Origin: Lytechinus pictus
Lineage: Eukaryota
Length of the DNA stretch: 60,000 nucleotides
Direction: 5' to 3'
NCBI RefSeq assembly: GCF_037042905.1
Contig: NC_087251.1
Location: forward strand, 16,246,001 to 16,306,000
Shown: positions 12,201 to 23,206 of the stretch, one piece after another
How positions within the stretch are numbered: position 1 is the stretch's first letter
Layout: the number at the start of each line of letters is the position of its first letter
Position numbers and translations under genes: made by a program
The notes under the pieces: generated by a model
Databases searched by the model: none
Seen by the model: the letters and a program-made list of their open reading frames with translations, nothing else
Told to the model about the DNA's origin: nothing

Positions 12201-15200
12201 TTCCTTCATTCCTTCCTTCATCTCTTTCCTTCATTCCTTCCTTTATTTCTTTCTGTCTTTCGTTGTATCTTTCTTTTCTTTTTTTCTTTTTTTTCCTTCC
12301 TTCCATCTATCCTTATACCTTTCTTCATATCTTCCTTCTTTCCTTTCTCTCATTTTCTTTCTTTCTCTTTTCCTTCCTTCCATCAATCCTTTACCTTTTC
12401 TTTTTTCCTTTCTTTCTTTTTACCTTTTTTCTTTCTTTTTCTTTTTTATTCTTTCCTTGCTCTCCTTCCTTTCTCTTCCCTCAGTTTTTTATATATTTTT
12501 TTCTTTCCTTCTTTCTTTCCTTCTTTCTTTCTTATTTTCTTTTTTTTTGCCTTTTGTTCTTTTGATTTTTCTTTGTTGTTCCATCCATCCTTCCTTTTCT
12601 TCCTTATTTTTTCTTTCTGCCTTCCTTCATCTCTTTCCTTCATTCCTTCCTTCATTTCTTTCTGTCTTTCGTTGTATCTTTCTTTTTTTCTTTTTTTTCC
12701 TTCCTTCCATCTATCCTTATACCTTTTCTTTCTTCCTATCTTCCTTCTTTCCTTTCTCTCACTTTCTTTCTTTCCCTTTTTCTTCCTTTCTGTTTACCTT
12801 TTTTCTTTCTTGATTTTCCTTTTATTCATTCCTTTCTTTCCTTCCTTTCTCTTCCTCTCATTTTTTTTCTTTCTTTTTTCTTTCCATCCTCCTTTCCCTT
12901 GTTTCTTCCTTTCTTTCTTTGTTTCTTTCTTTCCATCTTTCTCTTCCCCACAGCCATTCTCTCTCTCTCTTTATTTTTTTCTTTCTTTTTTTTTCTTTCT
13001 TCCTTCCTTTATTTGGCTTCGTCCTTTCTGTTTTTCTTCTTACTTTTTTTTCTTTCATTCTCTCCCTCTCTCTTCTTTTTTTTCTCTGGTTATTTTCAGT
13101 GATTTCCCCTTTTTTTATTGTGTGTCCTAGTCCCCTCCAAAATATATGGAAAATATATGAGATTAGGAAATTAATTAAAGAGCATATTTACCAATTATTT
13201 TGTCATGATGTTCAAGATAAAAATCATAAAAAAAAAGAAATACAACTACAAGGTACATCAGAAGTAATATTGAAAAATGTATTTTAAAGCCGTCAATGGT
13301 ATGGTATGTAAAACTATAAGGCTATAACTTGTTTTGAAGCAATAAAACTTTGTTTTGAAGGATTTTTTCGGGCAAGTGAAATCTATATTCGGGCAAGTAT
13401 TTTCCAACTATTTGAAAATTAACTTGCCCGACTGGGCAAGTGCTTCAAAAAAGTTATGTAGCACCCTGCTTCTGTATCCCTACAAGCTTCAAGGTTTCAA
13501 AAATGCTGCAAATGGATGTTCATACCTTAAAGCCCAGCAAGCTTTCCCCCGATTTTTCTAATAAAGTAGGCCAGAAATTCTAAGTAGAAATTTTATTTTT
13601 CATGATAACCATCTCGAGGGTTCATACACTTATACATTTTTAAAATTCCCTGACTTTCCAGAGCAATGAATGTGAATTTCCATGACCATTTTTCGGGCTT
13701 ACTTTCTAAGTGCAACAAATATTTTTAAAACATTTAACATTCACTTTCCGTCATTTTCTTTACCATATGTCATTTAATTTATTTCCTCTCTCATATATTT
13801 TCATGTACTTTTGTATATGACCACAGCACAAAATAAAGAGGGAAATCACTGAAAATAACTAAAGAAAGAAAGAGAGAAAGAAAGAACAAAATAAATAAAT
13901 GAATGAATGTACAAATAAATAAATGAATGAATAAATAAATGAATAAATAAGAAACACACAAAGTAAAAAAAAGAAATGGAAAGGAAAGGAGGGTGAACAG
14001 ATGGGTGAAAGAACGAAAGAAAGAAGAAAAAAAAGAAATAAAGAAAAAAAGAAGAAAGAAAGGAGAAAAGAAAGAAAGAAAGAAGATAAAGAAAGGAAGA
14101 AAGAGGAAAATCAGGAAGGAAAGGAGGAAGGAAGAGAGAAGAATAAGGGAAAAGAAAGAAAGACAATTTCAAAAAAAAGAAAACAGTGAGGAATGGAAGA
14201 AAGCTCAAACTTGAAACAAAAAATCAAATCATCTAACAAAAATCTTACTGATTTTTTTTTTATATATTTCAAAAATTGTTGGAAAACTAAAATGTTTTTA
14301 AATGAATAAAATTTCAAAGTGAAACACTGTCAAACTTAAAGATAAATGCCAGTTGTGGTAACAATCTCAAATTGACTTTTAAAAAAATCCAATATAATGA
14401 CCACCCAAGTGTCTGTTTGTGTGAATAAAAAATATGTGCCAAAGGATTCTGGAAGAAATTGTGTAATTGCTGAGAAAGAAGCAAAATAAGGGCGGATTCG
14501 GCACTTCCGTTGGGTCAATAATAATATACACTGTCCCACGTGTGCCTATCTGTGTTAGCGATCTTCAGTGTGATCGTTTTTCAGCTTAGATTTTATGATT
14601 TCACCAAGTTCAGTTTATGTAACTGTACCAGATCTAGATCCACGGTGATATAGTAATACTTAACCTTGTTTTTAAGACTTTCTCACGAAATCAGTGTTTT
14701 ACTGCAACTACTTCCATTTAGCTTTAAAAAGTATGTGAATCATCACGGCAGGGCATCACACACACATCTTTCTCCAGCTCCCCATTCAGCTATTGCATCG
14801 ATCACAACAACACTAATAACAGTTGAAACTACAAACCCAATAACTTGCTCCTTTGATCACATCACCAAATCAGTCTTAGCTGAGAATCCATTAAAAAAAA
14901 TTCTGCTGATTATGTGATTATTTTGGTGGAAAAACTCCTGGCCAAGATTTTTGGAGGTAAGAATTAATAATGATTCGAGAGCGAAGTTGGCTCAGTCAGT
15001 AAAGTGTCTGCCTGTCGAACCAAAGATTGTGGGTTCGAGTTCACCCCGGACGGATGACTGAAGCCAGTGCGTTGTGTGTAAATGTCTCTCCCCTATTCCA
15101 TAGATGCAGGCTATGTTACAGGGAAAACACTCCATCCCTCGGATAAGACGTTAAATGGAGGCCCCGTGTAGAGGAGAGTCACCACCTTTGCACGTTAAGA

Positions 15201-18200
15201 ACCCACTGCACTATTCGAATAAGAGTAGGGGGAAACCCAGGTGTAGTGGTCCACCTGCAATCCCCAATCAGATATCGAGAGGTGAGCATCTTCTCTCTCC
15301 ATGCCATCAACATCTGCGCACTTCCTGCCGGTTGGCTCCTACTGTGGGGGCGTTGGGCAGTATACCCAAAGTCAAAGAAGATTTTATTTTTAAAATGATA
15401 GGTCTAGACAAGGTAGACTCTAGATCTAATTTAATGAACTGAACTTTTTGGGGGAAAATTTTGGAGTGTTTTATTAACCCTAAATCGTGTGACGAAGGAC
15501 AAACTAAAATGTCCATTGTCAAAACCAGTAGAGGCGCTGGTCCAAAAATTTGGATTGTCCCAGAAAACAAGGATATCCTCATAAACCAAGACAAATCATG
15601 TCTTGATAAATTGAGACTGTCCTTGTTTATGGGGACGTTTTTTTTTTCACTTCCCCCTACAGGGAAAAAGACAGCAATTACAGGAGTTGAGAGTTCTAAA
15701 AATAGATTCAGTGACCTCGATTCCCCCAGCTCACCATCTATTTTTCATGACTTACCGTCTTCAAATAATCTTGTTATGAAACCCGATATGTTTACATTGA
15801 CTAACACACTTGATTGGTGTCGGCACTTGACAGGTGAATGAACTTTCCTAGATTTGTAACGTAAATACACATGATTTTTATCTGATTCAGTGATGTATGA
15901 GTGATGTATGGCTCTGATGTGCACCAACTCAAACTTGGAGGTCTCACCTACTCTGGGCCCGATATCATCCAGGGGTGGACTCGGCATTTCCAGGAATTGC
16001 CACCCCATCTGACTTCAGTTCTACACAGGCTCTAAATCCAACACATCCTGAGAATATGGACTCCCTTGTTATACATCATCCACAAGGGCTTGACCATCTC
16101 TTCACTTCAAAGGAGCTGCCCTTGCCATCTCTTCCTTAAGGCCTGACAAAGCTAGTGGTCCGGATAACATCTCTCCTGAGCACCTAACGTACACTGGGTG
16201 CACCACTAGGATCCTTATCCTCATCATGATGAACTGGATGATACATCTGAAGCACATTCCTCTCAGCCTTAAAGATGGCCTTGTCATTTCTCTCTTCAAA
16301 GGTGGGAGCAAGAATCCAACAGACCCAGGAAATTATAGGGGTATCACTCTGACTCCAGTCTTAGGAAAGCTGTTGGAGTTGTTGGTAAAGCCCAAACTTT
16401 CCCAACACTTACAAGAACACCAAATTCCAGACCCATTGCAATTTGGTTTCCAACGAGAGAGGTCCTGTACTCTTACAGGTAAAGCACTTGACCTTGTCAT
16501 CGAATCGTACAAGTCCCTCAACCAACCTCTGTACATAGCTATGTTGGATGCCCAGAAAGCATTCGACAGGGTCTGGCAAGATGGTCTCCTTTCGAAGATA
16601 GCGACTCATCCACCTACAGTGCTGCTGGATACCATTACTGAATTTTACAACAGTTGCTCAAGCAAGGTATTCTGGAAGCATGAAGTTGGTCCCTCCTTTC
16701 CTGTTCTCCAAGGAGTAAGGCAGGGGGGAGTGCTTTCCCCCATGCTGTACACTCTCTACATCAACGACCTTATTAAGCATCTGAGGGAGTGTCATCTTGG
16801 CTGCTCAGTCGGCAACCTATATGTTGGGGTCATAGCCTTCGCGTATGACATTGCACTTCTTAGCAACGAGCCCATGGAACTGCAACAGATGTTGAATGTC
16901 ATATTTAATTACACCCAGGAGTGGAAGTACAAGATCAACCCCTCCAAGAGTGCAATCATTGTGCTTAATCAAGATCTTCAGAACAGTAGCAACTCTTGGC
17001 AGATCAATGGTGAACCGATTGCACAGGTCTCCTAACACAAGCACCTTGGCATCGTCAGGACTGATAATCTTCAGTATGACTACGCTGCTGATGCGATCAC
17101 AAAGGGATACAGATCATTTTATGCCCTTGTGGGAACCTCACCACTAGGAGCAAGGGTAGTTCCCCATGTCGCTGCAAAACTGTGGAAAACTTTTTGTGTT
17201 CCCATGATGATCTTCGGCTGCTCTAGCATTCCCTTTTCAAGGGCAATGTTGAATCGCCTAGATAAAGCAGATTCACCTATTCAAGCGGATTCTGGGTCTA
17301 CCAACAACATCAGCCGACGAAGCAGTATATCTTCTCACTGACATACATGTAATCCCAATTAGCCTGTTGGTCACCCAAGGAAAAGCTCCTACTCCTGGGA
17401 CAGATCTTGAGCACCGACATGAACAGGATAGAACGAAGGATGCTTCTTCATGGTATCTGTGCCAACACCAAATCCGTACAAGAATGGCGCATTCTCCCAC
17501 TTGATGAACTTGTAAGGAATCCCCCTACCATCTATGGAAGCGAATGGTTCAGTCGGCAGTGATTCAGGCGTCCGGGGCCAGACAGCATAACGCCCTTACC
17601 AACAAGACATCCTTGTCCTTATGGACTAGAACCCCTAAACCAAAGGCGAAGGATCTGTACCCTGGGCACATTGCCAATCCAAGTCTGCGGTCAGCCATCA
17701 CCATCCGTGCTCAGATGATCAGATCTCTTGCCAAGTCTATCTGACCCAAGCCAGGCTCGCCAAGATTGGCAAAGCACCTGATGATAGCTGTCGTCTGTGC
17801 ATGTCAGCCTGCGAGGATGTGGAACATCTGGTTGCTACCTGTCCAGCCCGAGCACCTGTCCGACAGGACCTTATCCAGCGGGTTAAGGCTAATCCCAACA
17901 CCAAGCAGTTTGGACCATGCTTTGAATCTACCCCTGCTCTTTTTGTAGTCGGTCCTTTTTTTACCTCCTGGGCGTATCAAAAGCCCAATTACATACGCTT
18001 ATTCTTTACTTCTTACGCAACCTCCACACAACTCGTCAAAACTTACTCAGTACTTCCTCATGATTGCAACTTAAAGCCTTCAATGAATTGCGGCCCTTCC
18101 AACGGTGCCAACCTTAGCGGAGGAAGAACACAAGAGAGAGAGATGTTATTTTTGTTTTGGCCCAAATATGCTTAAGTGTCCAATATTTTGGCAGTTTATT

Positions 18201-20928
18201 CTACCTCTGCCTCACAAAAAATCCAATCGTATGGTGAGTGTCTTGGCCCCTGTCTTTTCGCCGGACTAGGGTCTAGGCGCTCATCGATCATCTGGGCCCC
18301 GTTTCTCAACACCGTCGTAAGTATAACTTCTTGACTAAATCGGAGATAGTGAGCTACTTGTCCGCGAACCGTTTCACAAAGCCCTCTTTGCCAAGATCGG
18401 GTACAACATCACTAAATATTTATGACACCTCCGAACCTGTCATAATTTCTTTCTTAATGAGGTAGTGGCATCTACGTGGGTAGACCAAAAGCTTTGGTCT
18501 CTGTTATGTTGGTTGTTCCGCTGAACTTCGTTAGCTCCACTCACCAAATACAGAGACCGATGTTCTAGCTCGATCTGTACAGGGACTCAATTGCCATGTG
18601 TTTATGTATGAAGTTCAGATAAAACTGGAAAGTGAAGTTGCACGACAGCCGAAGTAAGTCACTGTTTTTTCGCCTTTTCAGTTTATTTTTCCCCGTTTTG
18701 ATGGGTTTCAGGCCAAAACGGAATTATAATCTTCATTTTGGTACAGTTTTTTAAATATATTTTCATGAAATAAAGACAAAAATCGATGAGCCCCGTCGGG
18801 GGGATTTTGCATTGTTAACCCCCTAATGGTGGCTGCACGATAGCGAGCCGTCTGTGTATGAGGAGAATTACAAAAAAAAGTTTTAAAACTCCTCGAAACA
18901 GATGGCTGCCAACTGTCTACTACGTGGGTAGACTATGACATCTTACGTAATCAATCATAGAGGGTGAAATTACATCACAAAAATAGTAGTTAATGCATTC
19001 AATGACGATTGTAATACAAAGAAACTATAAAACCATTCATTTTGAAATAGTAAAATAATTTAATCGATAAAGATTCTATGTCAGGCCATCCATAACTTGA
19101 CTTGTATTTGTCGTTTTCAGACCCCTATTAAAATTTGGATAAATTCTGTCTCTAATTTATGAATAGAATATTCAAATCGTATGTTTCGGTATCGAAGATT
19201 CGTAAAAATTATGTTAAACTTCATTTAAATGATATTTGGACTCCTAAAAGACCGTATAATTATCATCATTTTACAAAGAAAACCGTCATCGTTTACTTTC
19301 GTAAACTATTCAAATTGGATATCCCGGGGGTACCCATCTACGTCCACATGTGATTTTTTAGTCATGAAATTAATCATTCATAATTTAATTTTCTCAGCAA
19401 TTGAATGCTCCAGTCTCATGGTCTAAAGTAAGTATGTATGACTATGATGCATTATTTACCTGTGCTATTATTTTGAAAAGTTTTATTTCCCAATTCATCA
19501 CAATATTTGCAAATTTGTTATAATTTTCTTTTTGAAAATTATGCCATTTTGTGAGGCCCTTTTGAAAAGAGCAGACGAGACATAGCCTTAGTATTTTAGG
19601 CCAAGTAAAAAAAGAAAGTAGTTGATCGTCCTCGCGCGCATCTATTTTGGCCGCCGCATGAATTTTTTTACTATTTACTATTTTCAAAAATTTGCTAAAA
19701 AAAAAAATATTGTGATGTTTCTCGTATGCGCCCGCTTCCCTTTTTGATTGCAGCATCAATTTTCTTGATATTTACTATCTTTATGGCTGCTGAATAGCGA
19801 AAAAATTCAAAAGATTGGCGAGCGATTTGCTCTTATGTGCTCTGGGTTCTCTCTCGCAACTTAAAAAACAATTGCAAAGTCCGATATCGCCGTAACTGCA
19901 AGAAAGAAAAAAATTCTGATTTGGTTTTTTATTGGAATTTTGACCATCAAAAATTAGCGAGAAAATAAAGTTTGCAAACTCGGAAAAGATCACAGATTTC
20001 TTCATTTTTAGTGCATTTTCGGGGACTCTGCTTCCTGAATCTGAACTAATCCGTCGCGTGCTTTGGAAATATGGCGCAGATAAATCAATTTTAATGATGT
20101 AATTTGTATTTCAGCAGGGTTTTTTGGTGAGTGATAGCGTCTGTACTTCGATGTGTGTTACGGTGATTGTGCTTGTGACTGAGTTGTTGGGTGAATGCAT
20201 GTGTGCTTGGCTGGGCCTGGGATGATGTGATTGACTGTGCTGGCGCGCGCGACATGTAAATTTGTGAAATGAATTTAATTTTCTGGCGAGTTTTCTAACG
20301 TCAGCAGGCAATGCATTGAATATTCAAAAAATGATTTCAAGTGGGTTATTCATTATCAAGATTGAAAATCATTAACGGGATTCCAGTAAGTGTCAATTCT
20401 GTTCAAATTTGATAAACTTCATTCTTCCTTGAGCTATTCAATTTGATGGACAATTCAAAAATTAGTTAGTAAATAGATCTAACACTAAAAAAACAGTTAC
20501 AAATATTGAAATTATAAACAGTATGTGAACAATTAATTCAATAATCATTTTACATTTGTCATATCAATTTAAAAAATGAATAAAAATTGAACAGTATTAA
20601 ATAAATGTAAATAAATAATTGAATATATATACTGTACAAGCACCTGGAAACTGCGATGCGAAACCATGCCCAGAGCTAAAAAAAGAGATTGGCTCTGGAA
20701 AACTGAACATGGCTCCATGGTAAAAAAAATGACCCCCCATGCATTTTTTACCCTTACAAAAGTTACATACCAAATATATTAATAATAATATAGAATAATG
20801 TTTAAATCATTCACTTGACATGAACATTTTGTTTTACAACAATACAGTACCGGTATACTGTACATCAGTAATACATCAATAGATTTTTATCGCATAGGCC
20901 TAATACATTTTCCATAGATTTCCAATCA

Positions 20929-20969
<41 letters not shown>

Positions 20970-22348
20970 CTACTCATTTATTATTAATATTGAGCATGCA
21001 TCGATCACATAATTCGAGCTTAACATGGCCTGACATTAATCATTTGAATGAAAAATAGCAAAAAAAATAGTAAATAGTAAGGACCGGACCTCCCTCATCA
21101 CTGATGTAAAAAAACGGGCAGAGAAAATGCCTCCTTCTTTTTAAAAAAAATAGTAAGATAGCAAATAGTAAGGACCTCCCTCATCACTGCTCTCAAAAAA
21201 CCCGGACGATCAACTACTATCCTTTTTTACTTGGCCTTAGGCTTAGTATAGGGTGTCTGAAGCCACACTGAAAAGTGTCAGCATAAAACAGGCTGATTTA
21301 GGGGAAAATATGGCACATATTTTGGGGGAACTTCAGGCTACTAGAAAAATGTGATCTGAATTGATTATTAACTTGTGTTTGGCATGTATGGAAAGAGAAA
21401 ATTCAGGGGCTTCTTTTGACAGTAAGGACAAGTTTATATGATCATTTTAAATAAGGATTTAGAGATAAATTGCAAACCCTTATTTTTGTGTGTGTTGAGA
21501 TTGCCATTTCTCCATGCGTTTTCTATGGGAAAATTAAATTTCTGTTTTGCACAATTTTTTTCACTTTGTCGCAATTTTTCATTGTGATCTGGTTTCCAAA
21601 TCTTTATAAAAATCATACCATCAGATAGAGCATTAAAAATCTTATTGGACTCTTTATGGACAAGTTTTTGGCATTAATAATAAATATAACAGCTCTCGGA
21701 AGCTAAAAATTTGGATTTGTGTGTGTCCATTTCTTAACTACACAGTCTATGGCAGAGAAATGCTGAAAATTGACCTAATTTCTTTCTTCTTTTTTGCAGC
21801 CAATAATTGGATTTTTTTCAAAAATGTTACATTTCTGTAAGTCTGAAGGTAATTTATCTTCAAATTCACAAAGAAAATGTGATATTTTCTTGAAATAAGA
21901 AAAATAATTTTTTTCTCCAGACACCCTAATTAATAAATAATAGTAAAAATACAAATAGGCTAAGTCTCGTCATGCTCGTCTGCTCTTTTTATCGATACTA
22001 CTAGTATCGATATCATGCCGGGTATTCTAGTTACTAAGTTAGGAAGCCTTTCGAGAAACAGGTTTAGTAAGATTGGAACTAACTCCGTGGTTGGTGGATA
22101 AAGATATGACTAACTTGTCCAGGTGTTGAGAAACGGGCCCCAGGATTTACGTACAGTGCGTGCAGCTTGCACTGCTCTAATGCCGGCTAGCAATGCCACT
22201 CGCAACCCGCAAAGCCAAAGCCAAGCCCAAAGCCAAAGGCGCAAGGTTCGTGTAAATACGTAAACCAATTTACCTTTTCTTCCACGCAGTGGACAATGAT
22301 CGAAGGATATTTTTTACTCAGCCATCTGAAAAATGCTGGAACACCCAT
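72..22348 (-). CDS. XRN2: 5'-3' exoribonuclease 2 (XRN2/Rat1), 5' part: 15 coding exons, 427 codons in window, continues past left edge
   Basis: Manual splice complement(join(72..227,690..747,1374..1453,1946..1999,2363..2434,3883..3932,4088..4177,5070..5087,5628..5678,6094..6166,8351..8440,8689..8800,8992..9165,10258..10385,22274..22348)); all introns GT-AG, phases consistent. Protein has XRN hallmarks [71 protein letters not shown], plus the XRN2-type CCHC knuckle. Confidence 0.97.
690..747 (-). CDS. XRN2: XRN2 exon 14
   Basis: [19 protein letters not shown]. Confidence 0.93.
1374..1453 (-). CDS. XRN2: XRN2 exon 13
   Basis: [26 protein letters not shown](R). Confidence 0.95.
1946..1999 (-). 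CDS. XRN2: XRN2 exon 12
   Basis: [18 protein letters not shown]. Confidence 0.92.
2363..2434 (-). CDS. XRN2: XRN2 exon 11
   Basis: [24 protein letters not shown]. Confidence 0.9.
2701..3720. mobile_element. Non-autonomous TIR DNA transposon (Tc1/mariner-like MITE), copy 1
   Basis: TIR TAAACCCCTCAAAAAAA... / ...CCAAACTTTTTTTGAGGAGTTTA in a TA context; highly similar to 58517-59472; ~200-bp internal tandem duplication (~2812-3200). Confidence 0.8.
2733..2771 (-). ncRNA. Solo minimal hammerhead-ribozyme-like motif (Penelope-derived), variant core
   Basis: Minus strand GCCT-CCGACAA-A-GATTCT-GCT-AGGATC-GAAA-GCTT-AGGC; part of an ~80-bp copy of 25170-25247. Confidence 0.55.
3883..3932 (-). CDS. 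XRN2: XRN2 exon 10
   Basis: (G)[16 protein letters not shown]. Confidence 0.9.
4088..4177 (-). CDS. XRN2: XRN2 exon 9
   Basis: [29 protein letters not shown]. Confidence 0.94.
5070..5087 (-). CDS. XRN2: XRN2 exon 8 (18-nt micro-exon)
   Basis: ctgcag|CTGATCTAATTATGTTGG|gtaagt supplies (A)DLIML(G), exactly the residues missing between exons 7 and 9. Confidence 0.9.
5628..5678 (-). CDS. XRN2: XRN2 exon 7
   Basis: (A)[16 protein letters not shown]. Confidence 0.93.
6094..6166 (-). CDS. XRN2: XRN2 exon 6
   Basis: [24 protein letters not shown]. Confidence 0.94.
6351..7114. mobile_element. Non-autonomous TIR element (hAT-like TAGGG termini)
   Basis: TAGGGACAGTGATTATCCG ... CGGAAAATCACTGTCCCTA; many subterminal TTCCGT repeats. 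Confidence 0.75.
7274..7470 (+). mobile_element. Degenerate tRNA-derived SINE
   Basis: B-box-like GGGTTTGAATC; body similar to 41438-41680 (CAAGAAATTTAYCCACA-TGTGCTGCAC). Confidence 0.55.
8351..8440 (-). CDS. XRN2: XRN2 exon 5
   Basis: [30 protein letters not shown]. Confidence 0.94.
8689..8800 (-). CDS. XRN2: XRN2 exon 4
   Basis: [37 protein letters not shown]. Confidence 0.94.
8992..9165 (-). CDS. XRN2: XRN2 exon 3
   Basis: [57 protein letters not shown]. Confidence 0.95.
9709..10126. mobile_element. MITE with CAGGGT TIRs (P/hAT-like), short copy
   Basis: CAGGGTACTACATAA ... TTATGTAGCACCCTG; flanking 7-bp duplication CTGTATG; repeated CTTGCCCG/CGGGCAAG subterminal motifs. Confidence 0.85.
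10258..10385 (-). CDS. XRN2: XRN2 exon 2
   Basis: [42 protein letters not shown](K); cag/GTAAGT. Confidence 0.95.
10995..13468. mobile_element. Same CAGGGT-TIR family, 2.5-kb copy in opposite orientation, containing a polypyrimidine tract
   Basis: CAGGGTGCGACATAAG ... TTATGTAGCACCCTG; flanking duplication CTTCTG; ends are reverse-complement matches to 9709-10126. Confidence 0.82.
11690..13120. repeat. ~1.4-kb low-complexity C/T-rich tract with internal duplications
   Basis: TTTC/TTCC-type repeats; segment ~12145-12400 recurs at ~12580-12790. Confidence 0.9.
13850..14210. repeat. Low-complexity A/G-rich tract
   Basis: GAAA/GGAA/AAAT repeats. Confidence 0.85.
14340..14723. mobile_element. 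MITE at a TTAA site (Kolobok-like)
   Basis: TTAA|AGATAAATGCCAGTTGTGGTAA ... TTACTGCAACTACTTCCATTTAGCT|TTAA, imperfect TIR. Confidence 0.55.
14977..15290 (+). mobile_element. tRNA-derived SINE with a Deu/Nin-like central domain
   Basis: A box TGGCTCAGTCAG (14988), B box GGTTCGAGTTC (15032); central CCCTCGGATAAGACGTTAAATGGAGGCCCCGT...GCACTATTCGAATAAGAGTAGGGG resembles the conserved DeuSINE domain as recalled. Confidence 0.7.
15905..18141 (+). mobile_element. 5'-truncated, degenerate non-LTR (LINE) retrotransposon with RT domain, antisense in XRN2 intron 1
   Basis: [49 protein letters not shown] (mutated YADD box), in-frame stop at 17033, frameshifts, C-terminal CRLC...[13 protein letters not shown]-rich 3' tail. 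Confidence 0.92.
19599..21236. mobile_element. Nested non-autonomous PIF/Harbinger-like element
   Basis: TTA|GGCCAAGTAAAAAAAGAAAGTAGTTGATCGTCC ... GGACGATCAACTACTATCCTTTTTTACTTGGCC|TTA (3-bp TTA duplication). Confidence 0.82.
21249..21928. mobile_element. Nested TIR element
   Basis: TAGGGTGTCTGAAG ... CTCCAGACACCCTA. Confidence 0.65.
22274..22348 (-). CDS. XRN2: XRN2 exon 1
   Basis: [25 protein letters not shown] followed by GTAAAT donor. Confidence 0.96.
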
Positions 22349-22887
22349 CTTTTTTGCAAATGTCTTCCACAAATACGAAAAATTCTTTGTTTTTACTTTC
22401 CCACTACTCGTGACGCATGCAACAGCAGAGACACAGACCGGTTGATTGTTGCCAAATTGCACAGATCAAAAGTAAATTTTAGCAATTTTAATAAATATGA
22501 GATTGGTACATCTGTTTTTAAATATTCTTTTTTTTATATGTATAATTATTTCATAACTTCATAATCATTTTTTTTAATAATACTTAGAAATTATTGTTTT
22601 TATATGTAACTAATATGTATCGAGATTGTGCGACCACAGGTAGATGCGGCTTTTGTATCTTTTTACATTGATGTACAGAGTATTTTGTCCACGCCGGCCG
22701 GCCGTACGCCATACGCGTTATATGACAACAGAGTATACATGCGCAGCATAGCAGCGTCAACGAGTCGAGTAGATCTACGGCCACAGTGCACAGCTCAATC
22801 AAGACAATAGCGATCCAGTTCTACAATTGACTTTATTTGATACATTGCAATTAATTAGGCTCTGTGTAAAATACATGAACATTCAAC
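22349..22887. promoter_or_regulatory. Probable bidirectional promoter and 5' UTRs between XRN2 and the HEAT-repeat gene
   Basis: Divergent start codons only 539 bp apart; CpG-richer patches near both starts (e.g. CGCCGGCCGGCCGTACGCC at ~22692) flank an AT-rich core. Confidence 0.7.
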
Positions 22888-23206
22888 ATGCATTGTGGAG
22901 AACAAGGTTTCCTTGACTTACTTCTCAGTACCAGAAAATTAGACAGAGATAAAGGACTTGAAGAATTGCAAATGAAGCTTCAGCGGAGCAGCGCCAGTGA
23001 CCAACCCGAGATCGCTGGCGTCGAGAGTGCGCTCTTGTCCGCCCTGAAGGATTCTCATTCCAGCTGGGAGGCTAAACATGGCGCTTTAATGGGAGCCAAG
23101 GTTCTTAGTGGGTTTGATGGAACCTCAAAACCTTTTCTGAAAGAAATGCAGAACTGTGCAATGCATTTCCTGAGTGATAGTGAAGCCCGTGTTAGGATTG
23201 CAGCAG
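22888..23206 (+). CDS. HEAT-repeat gene exon 1
   Basis: [27 protein letters not shown]...[12 protein letters not shown]; donor GTAGAT. Confidence 0.88.

Larger units (their letters stand above)
18295..22140. mobile_element. 3.85-kb TIR element (PIF/Harbinger-like) containing nested insertions
   Basis: CTG|GGCCCCGTTTCTCAACACC ... GGTGTTGAGAAACGGGCCC|CAG. Confidence 0.7.

Noticed and set aside
11839..13287. Long F/S/L-rich ORFs (324, 224 and 185 aa) and K/R/E-rich antisense ORFs
   Set aside because: Artefacts of a stop-poor polypyrimidine tract inside a transposon; no protein-like complexity.
13846..14317. ORFs over the A/G-rich tract
   Set aside because: Low-complexity artefacts.
14977..15050. 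tRNA gene
   Set aside because: Has A and B boxes but no clean cloverleaf and continues into a SINE body; the same applies to 41438, ~46340 and ~55750.
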